The translations under genes and the position numbers were made by a program. The notes below the pieces were generated by a model, which did no database searches, was not told where the DNA came from, and saw only the letters and a program-made list of their open reading frames with translations. From Blepharisma stoltei ATCC 30299 (taxonomy: Eukaryota > Protista > Ciliophora), in the NCBI GenBank assembly GCA_965603825.1, contig CBFDEM010000050.1, forward strand, positions 1-64,000: DNA of 64,000 nt, read 5' to 3'. Each line of letters opens with the position of its first letter. Within the stretch, counting starts at the first letter, position 1. Shown here piece after piece: positions 12,618-24,076 of this stretch.

Positions 12618-13649
12618 TTAATCATTCGTCGGGGCCAAATTCTCACTGATTTGAATATCCGCCACAATGGCCGGCGGTTTCCAGGCCACCTGTACCCCAG
12701 CATTAATAAAAAGTTGCTCAATTGTCGAGTTCAACGAGTCTATTCTACTGTACACAACCCTCACAATTCCAGACTGAAGAATACTCTTGGCACACCCCAA
12801 ACATGGAAAATGAGTACAATAAATTGTCCCGCCTGATGCTTTTTGTCTCCCAGCTTCCAATAACGCGTTCATCTCTGAATGTATACAAATACAGTCCTCA
12901 GTGTCTTCCCCTCTATTACAAGCATCACATCCTCCTTCATTGCAGTTTAGCGTATTTGTAGGTGTCCCATTATAGCCTGTAGAAATAATGCTTTTATTTT
13001 GCACTAAAACACAGCCTGACCTATAGTTCATACAAGAAGACCTTGTAGAGGCCATTTCTGCAAGCCTGATAAAATAAGTGTCCCATGAAGGCCGCACATG
13101 TTCAATATTTAATGAGTCAAGCATGCGCAGCTGCAGGTAAAGTTCTTCTAAAGTCCCTTTATTCTGAATAATTCGGTCAGCAGACAGAAGACACTCGTGG
13201 ATTCTGCAGGGATACCCGTCATGGCCGAACTTGGTCTATGTGGAATTTACGTGGTCATCCATATGCAAAAAGCCTTGCAATTGATTTTTTGGCTTTCCAT
13301 GCTTTTTACAGTAATTTGCATAGCGGCTTCTAATTGGCGCATCCAGGCCGATGAGCATGAAATAGCTACGTTTTCGGAAAATCAGGAGTTCTTCTGGCAG
13401 AGTGATAGGGTAGACAATATAGTGCTGAGTCCAGTCACTCATTATCATTTTTAAAGCTTGTGTAGCAATGGCAGCTCGGAAGCTTTCTTCAGTCTCAAAA
13501 TCATCGCCTAAATAAAAATTACGAGGGATGTTTTCTTCCCATTTCTTGTTTTCTAGGTTTACTATGTGAAAGCCGTGGACGACTTGGAGATACTGAGCTG
13601 CTGTTTCTTTGCCAGCGCTTAAAGTCCCAGTGATCCCAACAATTACCAT
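12618..13649 (-). CDS. DCTD: dCMP deaminase with N-terminal P-loop NMP-kinase-like domain, 338 aa, one 15-nt intron
   Basis: RPSWDTYF, GYNGTP, CIHSEMNA, PCLGC zinc-deaminase motifs; N-terminal IVGITGTLSAGKE; joined after removing 13236-13250. Confidence 0.9.
13236..13250 (-). other. 15-nt intron GTAAATTCCACATAG
   Basis: GT..AG, A10, removes an in-frame TAG. Confidence 0.9.
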
Positions 13650-13807
13650 TTACTAATTTTGGAATATCATTTCGTTAGTTTTTAGGGAAAAATTATATGC
13701 TTTTTGGCTGAATTTTATGTTAATTAATTTGGGTTATGTTATTGAGATAAATTTAATGCAAATAGATCTATTGAAAATGCTATTATAATAAATAAATATC
13801 AATTAAT

Positions 13808-15307
13808 TTACTGGTAGCTTGGTCTTTGGTACTCTATAATGGCATCTAGCTCAGCTATTTTTGCTGCCATCATTGCTACTTCTTTAGCATGTGCAGAAGC
13901 CTGCTCATCCATTCTTTCCTGCATTGCCGCAACTCGTGCTTCAGCTGCTTGGAGCTGCACTTGCATTTGGATTAAGTTTCCTTCCCCAGGGCCTGTGACT
14001 GTATCATTACTTAGCTGTGCCCCAAGCTGCTCAATTTCTTTCAGCAGTTCATTTCCTCGATTTCTTATCTGCTCAAGCTCTGGTGTGGACTCTTCTTCAT
14101 CAATTTTTAGCCTTTTGTATTCTTCCATTGGTAAAAACCCATCATTTTCTTCTAAAATCAGCTGGACTTGTTTGAATTTTTCTGTATTAAGGGCTTTTCT
14201 GTGCCTCAGTTCTTCTACTTCAAGTTCAAGAGCTCTATCTCGCTTTTGGGAGCGTCCTTTAGCTATTTGTGCTTCAAATTGTTTAATTATAACATCTAGC
14301 GCCCTCACGTTTTCTCTCGTAACTAATGATTCTGGCAATCTGTCTGCTAATACATGCATATGAAATTCCAGCTCTTTTTGGGCGTTTTTCATTTTTTCGA
14401 CTTCTTCTTTGAGCTGCTCCAATTTTCGTTTTTTGCCTTCAATTTTCATCCAGTCCTGTGTTAATTCTTCATATATCATTTTTTCCACCTTCAGCCTCAA
14501 ATTCAGCTTTTCATATTCCTGCTTCAATAATCCTATCCCAGGCACAGAGTTGCTGAGCATGTCTACTTTTATATGGATATCTTCAATGTTCTGCCTTTTC
14601 TTGATCTCTTTGGCCATTTTTTCATTTTCTTCTTCTAAGCTGTCCTTTTGCTTTTTTAGCATTGCTAAGTCAACTCCTAAAGACCTTAATGCATTTTTGA
14701 TAGAATCGGTTTTTCCCATCCATTCTGCAAGTTCTTTATTTTTTGCCTCACAAAGCTCTTCAGTCTTCAATAGCTTTTCTTTGATCACCATAGGGTCGTT
14801 TTCATATCTGTCAAATTCTACCTTTTGAAGGACTCTTTCGTTTTCGATAATCTGTTCTTCAATTCCATGAATATTAAAAGCTATTGATACAGTTAATATA
14901 CAGCCTTCTTCCTTTGTGGTAGGGTGTAAAAGTTTGTAAATCTCTCTCATAGGGACTTGGTCTCGAAGGTTTGCTAACTTTCTTTGGGTTATCACAAGAG
15001 TGTAAACGCCTTGGCAAGTGCACTTTTTAGGGTCAATTCCTTTAGTATCTAAATGTGGGGATGCTGAGGATTTGATATCAGTAGCTTCGACTGCGCCGAA
15101 GCGCAATGAGATGCGGTTTGCGAGTGAAGTGGTAAAAGTAAAAAAATGCCTTTCAAACCGAGGATCTGAGCCATATGCTAATTCAGTTCGTTGTTTCTGC
15201 TTTTTTGTTTCTTTGCTTGGGTATGATTTTTCTTCAAGCTCTATTTGTAGGAACCAGCCAGAGTCTCTTTTGAAGTCAGCCCTGAGGATTGTAACTTCAA
15301 TTTCCAT
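13808..15307 (-). CDS. C2-like N-terminal domain plus long coiled-coil protein (possibly CCDC33-like), 499 aa
   Basis: Uninterrupted ORF; beta-rich N-terminus (IEVTILRA..KQRTE..DPRF..F.F) and heptad-rich C-terminus; family assignment tentative. Confidence 0.6.
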   Translation of the reverse strand: MEIEVTILRADFKRDSGWFLQIELEEKSYPSKETKKQKQRTELAYGSDPRFERHFFTFTTSLANRISLRFGAVEATDIKSSASPHLDTKGIDPKKCTCQGVYTLVITQRKLANLRDQVPMREIYKLLHPTTKEEGCILTVSIAFNIHGIEEQIIENERVLQKVEFDRYENDPMVIKEKLLKTEELCEAKNKELAEWMGKTDSIKNALRSLGVDLAMLKKQKDSLEEENEKMAKEIKKRQNIEDIHIKVDMLSNSVPGIGLLKQEYEKLNLRLKVEKMIYEELTQDWMKIEGKKRKLEQLKEEVEKMKNAQKELEFHMHVLADRLPESLVTRENVRALDVIIKQFEAQIAKGRSQKRDRALELEVEELRHRKALNTEKFKQVQLILEENDGFLPMEEYKRLKIDEEESTPELEQIRNRGNELLKEIEQLGAQLSNDTVTGPGEGNLIQMQVQLQAAEARVAAMQERMDEQASAHAKEVAMMAAKIAELDAIIEYQRPSYQ

Positions 15308-15458
15308 TTTGATAGAAGAAAATTACAAATGTCAAAGACTGCTACAGTGTAATATTTCATAATAAATCAAAATCCCGAAATTTAAATTCTCACAAGCTCA
15401 AAAAAATTATTATGTTCAATTTCCTGGAAAAAAATACAAGAATATATTTAAAAATATT

Positions 15459-15803
15459 TTAATTCTTTTCAGCTTCCATGCTGTTTTTATTCCCCTTTCT
15501 TCTTTTCGGTCTGTTTTGGCTTGCTGGCTCATCTTCTCTTATTTTCCTTTTAAGAGGTATCATCGATTCCAATTTTACTCTCATTGGAGCGATTCTGCAA
15601 TAGAACCCGAGCAATTCTTCAAAAATTTGCTCTTTAGATTTATCGCCTATTAAATTTTCATAAAACATAGGAAGAGAGGAGCTACAGTCAGGATTTAGAA
15701 CTCTTTTGGCACAGATTTTAGCATCAATATTTCCTTCGAGCAGTAGCTTCTTGTGAATTGATGCAGACTCCGATTCTGAAAAATGTTGATATTGATTTTC
15801 CAT
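15459..15803 (-). CDS. Hypothetical protein with basic NLS-like tail, 114 aa
   Basis: ATG..TAA ORF with higher GC than its AT-rich flanks; KRK...PKRRK. Confidence 0.6.
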   Translation of the reverse strand: MENQYQHFSESESASIHKKLLLEGNIDAKICAKRVLNPDCSSSLPMFYENLIGDKSKEQIFEELLGFYCRIAPMRVKLESMIPLKRKIREDEPASQNRPKRRKGNKNSMEAEKN

Positions 15804-16365
15804 TTATTTAATTATATGAAATTATATTAAACGCAAACTATTGACACTGGATTTTATGAGTTTGTTCATAATTAAAAATGTTAACAACATAAAATAATCT
15901 GCAAAAAGGCTCGAAATGCTGCTAAAAGACCTAAAACTGCAAGAAAAAAAGAAAGCTCTCAGCTATGGCCAAGAAAAGATAATATGGGCTTTATATTTTA
16001 TACAAAAAATAATGATTTTAAAGTATTTTTGATATACATTAAAATAAAAAGATATTATAATTAAACAGTCTAACAGAGTAGTATTAATTTATTATTTGAT
16101 AGCCTACAATATATAGCAAATTGAGAATGAAAATATTTACCTCTTAAGGGTTGAAATGAATTGGAGTTTGAGATTACATTTTCAGCAATAACGAATAGGA
16201 AGTTTTTTGATGTGGGATTGAAACTTGAGGATTTTGATCTGATTTTATGAGTTAGTTGAAGAAAATGAGATTTAATAGTTAAGAATAATAACTCTATGGA
16301 AATTTAATTAATCTAAAATATATATCGTTTTTTAATTATGCAACCTAGAACAAATTAAAAAGATA

Positions 16366-17355
16366 ATGGTAAAGTGGTCAAGATATTCACCAGAATTACT
16401 GTTAAAATCAGAGAATGACTTAATTCAATTTTCAGGAGTAGAAATAGAGCGAAAAAACATATGTATTGGCAGAGGCTTATATTTGCATTGCCTGACATGC
16501 GGAGATCCTTCAAAGCCAGCTATGGTTCTTCTTCACGGATACTGTGGGTCTGGGCTTATTTTTTTTAAGATTCTCCACAAATTTGTCGATAAATATAGAA
16601 TTTATATAGTTGACCACTTAGGCATGGGACGATCATCGCGTCCAGAATTTGTCCCAAACACTTTAGAATCAGCTGAAGAGTTTTTTGTAGAGCCTTTAGA
16701 GTTATTTAGAAAATTTATAGGAGTTGAAAAGCTTCTGCTCGTGGGGCATTCCTTTGGAGGTTACATATCAGGATGTTATGCTTTGAAATATCCCCAGAAT
16801 GTATCAAAAGTGCTTTTGCTATCACCTGTTGGTTTTGGGCAGAAGCCTAAAGAATTTGATTTTCTGAAAGAAATAGATGGAGATTGATGGGTGAGATTTA
16901 TGAAAAAATTTATGATGTTCTTTTGAGTCAAAAATATTACCCCGATTTCGTTGATCAGAAAATGTGGTCCTATAACAGGTCACTTTTTCCAAGCCTACTC
17001 AAAAGATCGATTTAACAGCCTTTCACAAGAAGAAAACTTAGCAGTTGGAAACTACTTAGAGCAAATCAATATTATGCCTGGTAGTGGAGAATACGGCTTA
17101 GTCTACATTCTCGAGCCTGGAGCATGAGCAAGATCTCCTCTCTGTGTTCGTTTTGAAGAAGCCAACATTCCTCTCGCATTTTTCTTCGGAGACATCGACT
17201 GAGTCAAGCCGGACGGAGCACGACAACTCAAAAAACATTATTCAGGAAAAATGCTTATTTACATGATTAGCCACTCAGACCACCACCTATATTGGGACAA
17301 TCCTGAAGATTTATCAGAAAAAATGCTTGAAGCCATAGAGCTTCTTGATAATTAA
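16366..17355 (+). CDS. Alpha/beta hydrolase, ABHD4/ABHD5 (CGI-58)-like, 329 aa
   Basis: LLHGY, D.LGMGRSSRP, GHSFGG nucleophile elbow, GDID-W(TGA), C-terminal HHLYWD (HX4D); four TGA read as Trp. Confidence 0.88.
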
Positions 17356-17375
17356 ATATTAATTTTTATAGTAAA

Positions 17376-18221
17376 ATGAGTGAACAAATATACACAATGA
17401 TAGCCCAAGCCAAAGCTTTGCATGAGGCTTGTCAGCTTGAAGACGCTGCAAATTTGTATAAGCAAACCCTAGAGCTTGCTTCTTCTACAGGTGAAATCCC
17501 AGAAGAGCTTTTAGATAGCTATGCAGAATTATCAAACACAACTGGAGACGCTGCCACCGCAATTAGCCTTTTCCAAGAAAGCATTAATCGTTACCCCACA
17601 CAAAATCCATCAAAATATTTTTCACTTGCCCAGCTAAATTCTGGAAAACAGTCCTTAACTCTCTATAGAGCTGGGATTGAGATTTTGAAACAAAATTTAA
17701 GTGAAGAAAATTCGAGGATTCAGCTTGCGACTGCATATTCGGCAATCGCAGAACTTCATATGTCTGATCTTTGTGATGAAGAAAACGCAGAAGAAATATG
17801 TGAAAGCAGCATCCAAGCTGCTATTGAGTATGACCCAAATTGTATTGATGCCTATCAAATGCTAGCTAACCTAAGGCTTGTTCGGCTAAGATTCCAAGAA
17901 GCTAAGGAAGCGATGGAAAAGGTAAAGCTGCTTTTGGAAAAAGCCAAACATGATAGCTTGCCATCTATTGAGTTTATATTGGAAAGCATGAGAAATTTAA
18001 TTGAAATTGAAGATTTTGATGGAGTATTGTGGGTAGGAGATATAGGATTAAGTATGGATGAAGATATGCCAGAAATTATTTATATGCAGGCATTTGCACA
18101 TTGCAAGTTGGGAAGGAAAAAAGAAAGTGGGGATTTAATAGAAATTTTGTCTGGCAAAATGCTGGATCCAGAACTGTTTTCTGCATTAGAAGAGCTTAAG
18201 CAGGAGTTAAGAAAACTTTAA
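17376..18221 (+). CDS. TPR protein, Acl4-like (assembly chaperone of Rpl4), 281 aa
   Basis: AYSAIAELHMSDLCDEENAE..C and AYQ.LANLRL motifs resemble Acl4. Confidence 0.75.
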   Translation: MSEQIYTMIAQAKALHEACQLEDAANLYKQTLELASSTGEIPEELLDSYAELSNTTGDAATAISLFQESINRYPTQNPSKYFSLAQLNSGKQSLTLYRAGIEILKQNLSEENSRIQLATAYSAIAELHMSDLCDEENAEEICESSIQAAIEYDPNCIDAYQMLANLRLVRLRFQEAKEAMEKVKLLLEKAKHDSLPSIEFILESMRNLIEIEDFDGVLWVGDIGLSMDEDMPEIIYMQAFAHCKLGRKKESGDLIEILSGKMLDPELFSALEELKQELRKL

Positions 18222-18391
18222 TTTTAAAAATTAATTTCATAGCATTCTAATTTTTTATGATAAAAAATAATTTTTATTATAGTATGAAATTTTATTATAA
18301 AGCTGACAAATTCTAATAAATAGTAAATCAGCTTTATATTTCATAGTTTTTACAATGAAAATTTTTAATTTTATTATGAAAGAAATAAATA

Positions 18392-19216
18392 ATGATAAGT
18401 GAGAAGTTTATTAGGAAGGAATCTTTAAAAACAAGAGGCACACATATCGGAGAAAAGCTAACAAAAATCAGCAGTCCAAGGAATAAGCCCGAATTTCAAA
18501 GAAAAGCAGAGCCTAAACTGATCCAAAGCCCAAGAACCTTAGTTAAGCATAATACTTTAAAGCATCCAAGCAAACTAGAAGAAGCAAGCTCAAAAAGCCC
18601 AAGACTGCAAAATGAAGAACCCAAACAAAAACTTGTTTTTAAATCCAATTCCCCTATATCAAGACAAATCTTCAAAGAAAGCCCTGTATCATCTTTAAAA
18701 TGAGAAGCCAAAAAGCGAGCTATAATGTATCAAGAGCTCTCAAAGCATTTAGACCTAAATTACCTTTTTAGCACCCAAGAAAAAATAAATAAAAAGACTG
18801 ATTTAATTCGCCCAAGTACATCAGAAAAATACCTCAAAACATTTTTGCTTGATAGGCATAAGTCTCCAAGAGGTAACGATAAATTTGACTCAGAAAGGGC
18901 GTATGGATTTAATAACTCTCCAAGGATAATTCACAAAGCTTTTAATAAAGGGAATATCAAGCCTGTTGTAAATAGTAAAAAATTTAATGAGTTAAGAGCC
19001 CTAGTGAAAAATTTCAAGAGTGAGCATTCAAGTCCTGCGGACTCATTAAATGGGTCGTTTACGTATAGAGTAAAAACAGACAGAATAGAGAAATTATCGC
19101 CATCAAGAATAAAAATGCAGATAAAAATACCGCAGGATGGAAAATTGGCAGCTGAAGAAAGTGTTGAGGAACAAACTCCTGTTTGTCCATTTAGAATTGC
19201 AAAGGATGCAGATTAG
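18392..19216 (+). CDS. Hypothetical basic protein with repeated SPR motifs, 274 aa
   Basis: Two in-frame ORFs joined by TGA 18701-18703; ends TAG. Confidence 0.7.
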
Positions 19217-20281
19217 AAATAAGTGGTAATAAAAACTAATTTTCCTTTTTATATTTTTAAAGTCTTAGCTTAATAGAGCTTTATCTTTGCTGAGATTTTG
19301 TAGAATAATCACGATAATGTCATTATTTGGCTATTTTTAAGAAGATTAAAAGGCTATCTTAATTGAAAATTGCAAAAATCTGCCAGATATAAGGCTTTAA
19401 AGCGAAATATAATGTCCTGCTCAAATTTCAAGGTCAACATTAATATATATATTAATTAATAGCTTACAAGCTGCATTGCTTTAGTGTATGAATATTGATG
19501 GCATAATGCTATCCAAATCTAAACTAATATAAAGACTGCCTAAATATAATTGATTTCAAATAAAAATGAATTTTCTATAATTGATATTTTATTATAGATT
19601 GACATCAACTATATTCACAAAAATTTGGCTCAGAAAGAATTTTATTATCTCTAGTTGTAACTATGTTTTAGCATAACTTTCAAAAGGAAGTTATCAATTT
19701 TTCTTATATTTCATCGAATCTGATGATCAAATAAAATGGCAGTATATCATAGCATATTAGCATCTAAATAAAATTCTAGTCAATTCTCAGCTTTAAAATT
19801 TACTGTAGGCTGTGGAAATCCTAGCAACGTATATGCTAATTAATAAAAATTATTTTTTTACACAGTTTAGATGTTAGGATTGACCCAAGAAAATTCACCT
19901 TTAATCTAGCAAATTTATCATGGTTTATTGACAAATAATAGCTTATTGTAAGATTAATTTATTAAATTTTTATTTACTCTATCATAATTAATTTTTAAGT
20001 TAAATTATAAATATTGTTTACTATTATGAATTTTTAATTTTTGATTAATATGTTAAATAAGCGCAACTGGTAAATAGTAATTAGACATAAAATGGTTACA
20101 AAAATGATCTTTCTACATTAATTAAAAAATTATATGTTATAAAAATTTGAAACGCATAAATTTTTAATTCCTTCTACATTCCCTTACTCAAAAATCATAT
20201 TTCTTCTCTTATCAACTATGCCTTTTTGGGGTAGAGGTACAGATATTTTCATGCAGCCATACAAAATTATAAAAATTAAAG

Positions 20282-21007
20282 ATGAATGCTATTTTCAATA
20301 ACTTTTTTTGGACCGTTATTATTTCAGCAACTCTTTCTAAAGGGCAAGATCACTCTTCGGATAAAGACGACGGAATCAGAGTGAGTGAGGGTCAGATTAT
20401 CGGAATTATTTTAGGAACAATTGGATTTTTTATTTTCTGTGGGCTCATTACATACATCATTGTGAAATATAAGTGTGGAGCTGCAAGTGCCGAGAGCTTT
20501 CAAGATATAGCTAGCGAAAATGTTATTCAATCAAATCAAGTTGAACAAAACTATATGGTATATTTAGAAAGTGAATCTTCGTTAATACACAGAGAAAGTG
20601 AAATCCAACAGATTAATGGGGAAAACCTAGAATTGTGGAGAAGTTTAGATAGAGAAGCAGAAAATTTGCAACCAGAAGAAAGCCAGACCCCAGAAATTAA
20701 CTCAGAAAGTTCAACTCCATCATCAATAAATTCAGAAACCCCAAATCCAGCATCAATAGATTCAGAAAAAAAGAATCTGGTTGAAAAAGCAAAGCCAAAA
20801 AAAAAAGAGGATTCAAAGTGCAAAGAATTCTCCATTGCATATCAAAAAACTTGTTCAATATGTTTGAACGATTTTAAGGTTGGAGAATACCTTAAAAAAA
20901 CAAAATGTGACCACTTATTTCACATATGATGCTTAGATGAATGGGCAAATAATTCTAAGCAATTAACATGTCCGGTTTGCCGTGAAGATATACTGAAGAA
21001 ACCATAA
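20282..21007 (+). CDS. Transmembrane RING-H2 E3 ubiquitin ligase, 241 aa
   Basis: Signal peptide, TM helix, CSIC...C.H.FH.-W(TGA)-CLDEW...CPVC; the RING is only complete if TGA 20927-20929 is read through. Confidence 0.88.
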
Positions 21008-21226
21008 GTCAAGACTTATAAGGTATTGTGCTATGCTAATTGCTAATATATTATCACAAAATTCGGTAAGAAAATAAACTTCTTTCTAATCCATCTTAAA
21101 ATGAAAATTTCAATCTTAAATATTCTTTTAAGCATATTTACTTGCCCTTTATTGATTTATAAATTTATAGTAAAACTGAGTATTTAATACCTAAATAATT
21201 TTCATCTAATCTATTAATATTTAAAC

Positions 21227-21982
21227 ATGGCAAGCCGCAGACCTGTTCCCTTCAAAGACGAAGAAGAAAACCCAGTCCCAAGGCGAAAAGCAGAAGCTAA
21301 CCTAGAAGGACAAACATCTCCAGACGCAAAATACAAGACTGAGCCAATTCAGCCAATTACAATTTCATCATCCAATAGGTCTAAAGAATATGGTCGTTGG
21401 GGTTTATATTCCATCAAAACAGAGCTTGCCCTGCATGATATCAGGACTTCCTTATATTGACAATCACTATTAGAGCTTGGTTTGATGATTTTAGGGCTTC
21501 TAATGCTGCTAATCCAAGGAAAACTGATGATTTTGCTGCATTTTATGCATTTTGTGCGACCTTTATTGGCTTATAAGCTCATTCTTTCTATCCCTCAATC
21601 ACATAAAGTGTATGAGCAGCTGCCTGATGACTTAAGGCAAGTGACTCATGAAGTACAGGTAAAACTATTTGAGGAATTCAAGCAGAGCACAAGACCGGCT
21701 ACTTTTTATCTAATTGCGTCTGCTGTGGCTGCAATTTTTGATTTTCTGTCTCTTTTTATCAATTTAGGAATGCTTGGAGGTGACGACTACTCAACCAATT
21801 TCTTTTTTGCCGTCGCCTTCTTATTTATATGCACAGATTTCTTTTTGGTGGTATGGTACTTTACATTGCAGTTTACATATCCTGACGATGTATGGAGGAA
21901 CTTAATGACAATTGCAAAAGGAACAATCGATGAGGCAAAGTTTTATTTGGATGGAGTGTTTAAGAAGGCAGTCGAAGCTTAA
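21227..21982 (+). CDS. Multi-pass membrane protein of unknown function, 251 aa
   Basis: Two in-frame ORFs joined by TGA 21458-21460; about 4 hydrophobic segments. Confidence 0.75.
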
Positions 21983-22003
21983 TTTAAATCTTAATTTAGC
22001 ATT

Positions 22004-22008
22004 AAAAA
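22004..22008 (-). terminator. Pol III T5 terminator of tRNA-Pro
   Basis: TTTTT directly after the discriminator base. Confidence 0.8.
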
Positions 22009-22080
22009 GGGCCGCTCCGGGAATCGAACCCGGGACCTCTCCGACCCGAACGGAGAATCATACCACTAGACCAAGCAGCC
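22009..22080 (-). tRNA. tRNA-Pro, anticodon CGG
   Basis: GGCTGCTTGGTCTAGTGGTATGATTCTCCGTTCGGGTCGGAGAGGTCCCGGGTTCGATTCCCGGAGCGGCCC; 7-bp acceptor stem, CTCCG/CGGAG anticodon stem, GTTCGA T-loop. Confidence 0.97.
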
Positions 22081-22251
22081 GGGTCACTAATAATGCCAAA
22101 ATATCAGTCAATTAGTTTATATCGTGCAGAACTATATTTAAAATAATTATTATGCTGAATTTTTGATTGCTTAAAATTCTCAGTCTTTTTTCTGTATAAA
22201 ATTTTGAATTTCTTAAGAGATTTTCAAGAAATTGAATTTAATTATTAATTT

Positions 22252-22366
22252 AAGTGTAAGAGGAGACAGGTGGATAGCAGGAAATGATTGCTTCCGTATT
22301 TGCCTCTATTATTCTAACAGAATGTCCCATCTGGCTCTCAAGAAAGCAAGATTCTTCATTCTGCAC
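22252..22366 (-). ncRNA. Candidate box H/ACA snoRNA (about 115 nt) guiding LSU rRNA pseudouridylation
   Basis: Hairpin 1 (GCAGAATG/CATTCTGT lower stem), H box AGAATA (22310-22315), hairpin 2 (AGAGG/CCTCT lower stem, GGA-AGCA/TGCT-A-TCC upper stem), ACA (22255-22257) plus 3 nt; 3' pocket ACCTGTCT begins 14 nt before ACA and is complementary to conserved LSU AGACAGGU. Confidence 0.8.
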
Positions 22367-22607
22367 TCCAATCTTTTATTCCATGTTTCCATTTAATTAT
22401 ACTTTATCTCCGATTCCGTTATGGGATATTTTTAAATTAAATTAAATCTAAGAAATTAAGAAGCTTTTGGCTAAATTGGGTTAAATAGGCACAAAAGATC
22501 ATAAAAAATTTACAGGCTGGTAAAGCATATTAAGGGAAAAGATAAAATATTAAAGTAAAATTTATTAATTACAGCTTATTTTTGTATTTATTTTTAATTT
22601 ACCAGTT

Positions 22608-23582
22608 TTAAGTAGCCAATTTCTTCAAACTCTGAGGTCTATCATACTCAGAAAAGCTTCTGAAATGCTTATGCGACATAATATCTGACTTTTTGAACAT
22701 CGTGATCTTCTTAAAGGAACTGTTTATTTCATGTCAAACGCCATATGGCGAAGAGTCTTTTGCTGACTCATTCCCACCAAGTGATTTTCTTGATGCTTTT
22801 CGGATTTTTACATCCTTTATAGGTGTTCTGTCCTTTATTTGGCTATTAAACCTCAAGATTCCTAATGGTTTTTCTTCTAGTTTCTTTTTTAAATACCCAG
22901 AGTTTATAATTGTCCTTTGCTCAAGTCTTTTCAGATTTATGACGTTTTTTTCTATATTCAGCTGATTTTTTATTTTTTCGTTTTCTTTTTCTTTGTCTTC
23001 TACCACAATTTTCAACTTGGCAAGCTCAATTTCCAGCTGTTTAATATTTTTCTCTTTATTTTCGCTTTCCTCTGTAATTTGTTGCAGCTTTTCTTCATAT
23101 TTTTTCTTAATCTTATCTATCTCTTTGTAGTTTTCTCTATACGAAACTGCTTTTTCTTCTTTTGTTTGCTTCGGGCTGTGGCCTAGTTTTAAATCTAGCC
23201 TAAGTTTTAAATGGTTTTTAGGCATTTTAGCGTTTTTATTCCCTTTTTCATATTCTTCAACTTTGCTTTTAGCTATATCCAGCTGTAGTTTCATTTGCTG
23301 CTCGATTTTTATATGTGTCCTGATATCAGCTTCAAGTTTTTGAAGCATTTTTTCGAATTGATCGGCTCGATTTATAAGCTCAGCGGCTTCAGTTGTTTTG
23401 AATTGTTTTTTGAAGTTGAGCAAGTCTGTGATAATGTCTTTCAGATTTTCCAAAATTTCATAAGGCTGTAGATCATCAAGAGTGTCTAGCTCTTCCTGAG
23501 TCATAGGAGCTTCGTCGATATCACAATTGGTAGTGAAGGTGTATTTAAATAGGTCATATATTTTCTTCTCTATATCTTCCAT
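22608..23582 (-). CDS. Coiled-coil hypothetical protein, 324 aa
   Basis: ATG 23582, TGA 22734-22736 read through to TAA 22608; E..LQKLEADIR.HIKIEQQMKL segment. Confidence 0.75.
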
Positions 23583-24076
23583 CCTCAATGGCTATTTAAA
23601 ATATGCAATAAATTATCATTTAAACGATGAAAATTATTTGAATTTAAATTTGATAATAATAAATTAGCATTAAGCTTTCTGGAAATTATAAAGCAATATT
23701 TTATCAATCAAAATATTATGTATAAGCGTAATTCAGTAAGCAGGTTTTATAGCTTTTTTAAGGTAGGATGGTTATTGGAGATATCTGAAAATTTATTATA
23801 ATAAAATCAGCAGATTTTATATAGAAAGATGCATATTAATACGCCCTAATAAGAAGCTAAAATAGAGTTCAAGGAGAATCATTTTTAGCCAAGAAAGATA
23901 AAATTATGTAAATAATAAAAGGAGAAACAATTCAAAAAATTTGTCGAATAATTAATATTCAGAGGGAAGCATAAAATAAAATAAAAGAAAATCCTTAGTT
24001 TGAATTAATTCATCGCAAAGATGTTAACTTAATTTATAAACTAATTTTTCAATTAAAATAAACAGCATTCAAATAA

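Noticed and set aside
11541-14828. Long antisense ORFs (11541-12245, 13839-14363, 14409-14828 and similar elsewhere)
   Set aside because: Ser/Phe/Leu-rich shadows of Glu/Lys-rich coiled-coil genes on the other strand
19217-20281. 1-kb gene-free spacer as a possible retained IES or mobile element
   Set aside because: No terminal repeats, ORF or interrupted gene visible; needs read-level data
20686-20766. Imperfect repeats encoding PEINSE/SSINSE/ASIDSE
   Set aside because: Ordinary low-complexity linker in the RING ligase
21912-22115. 67-aa ORF in the supplied track
   Set aside because: Overlaps the tRNA-Pro gene on the opposite strand
22308-22392. 27-aa minus-strand ORF METWNKRL...
   Set aside because: Better explained by the H/ACA structure covering the same bases
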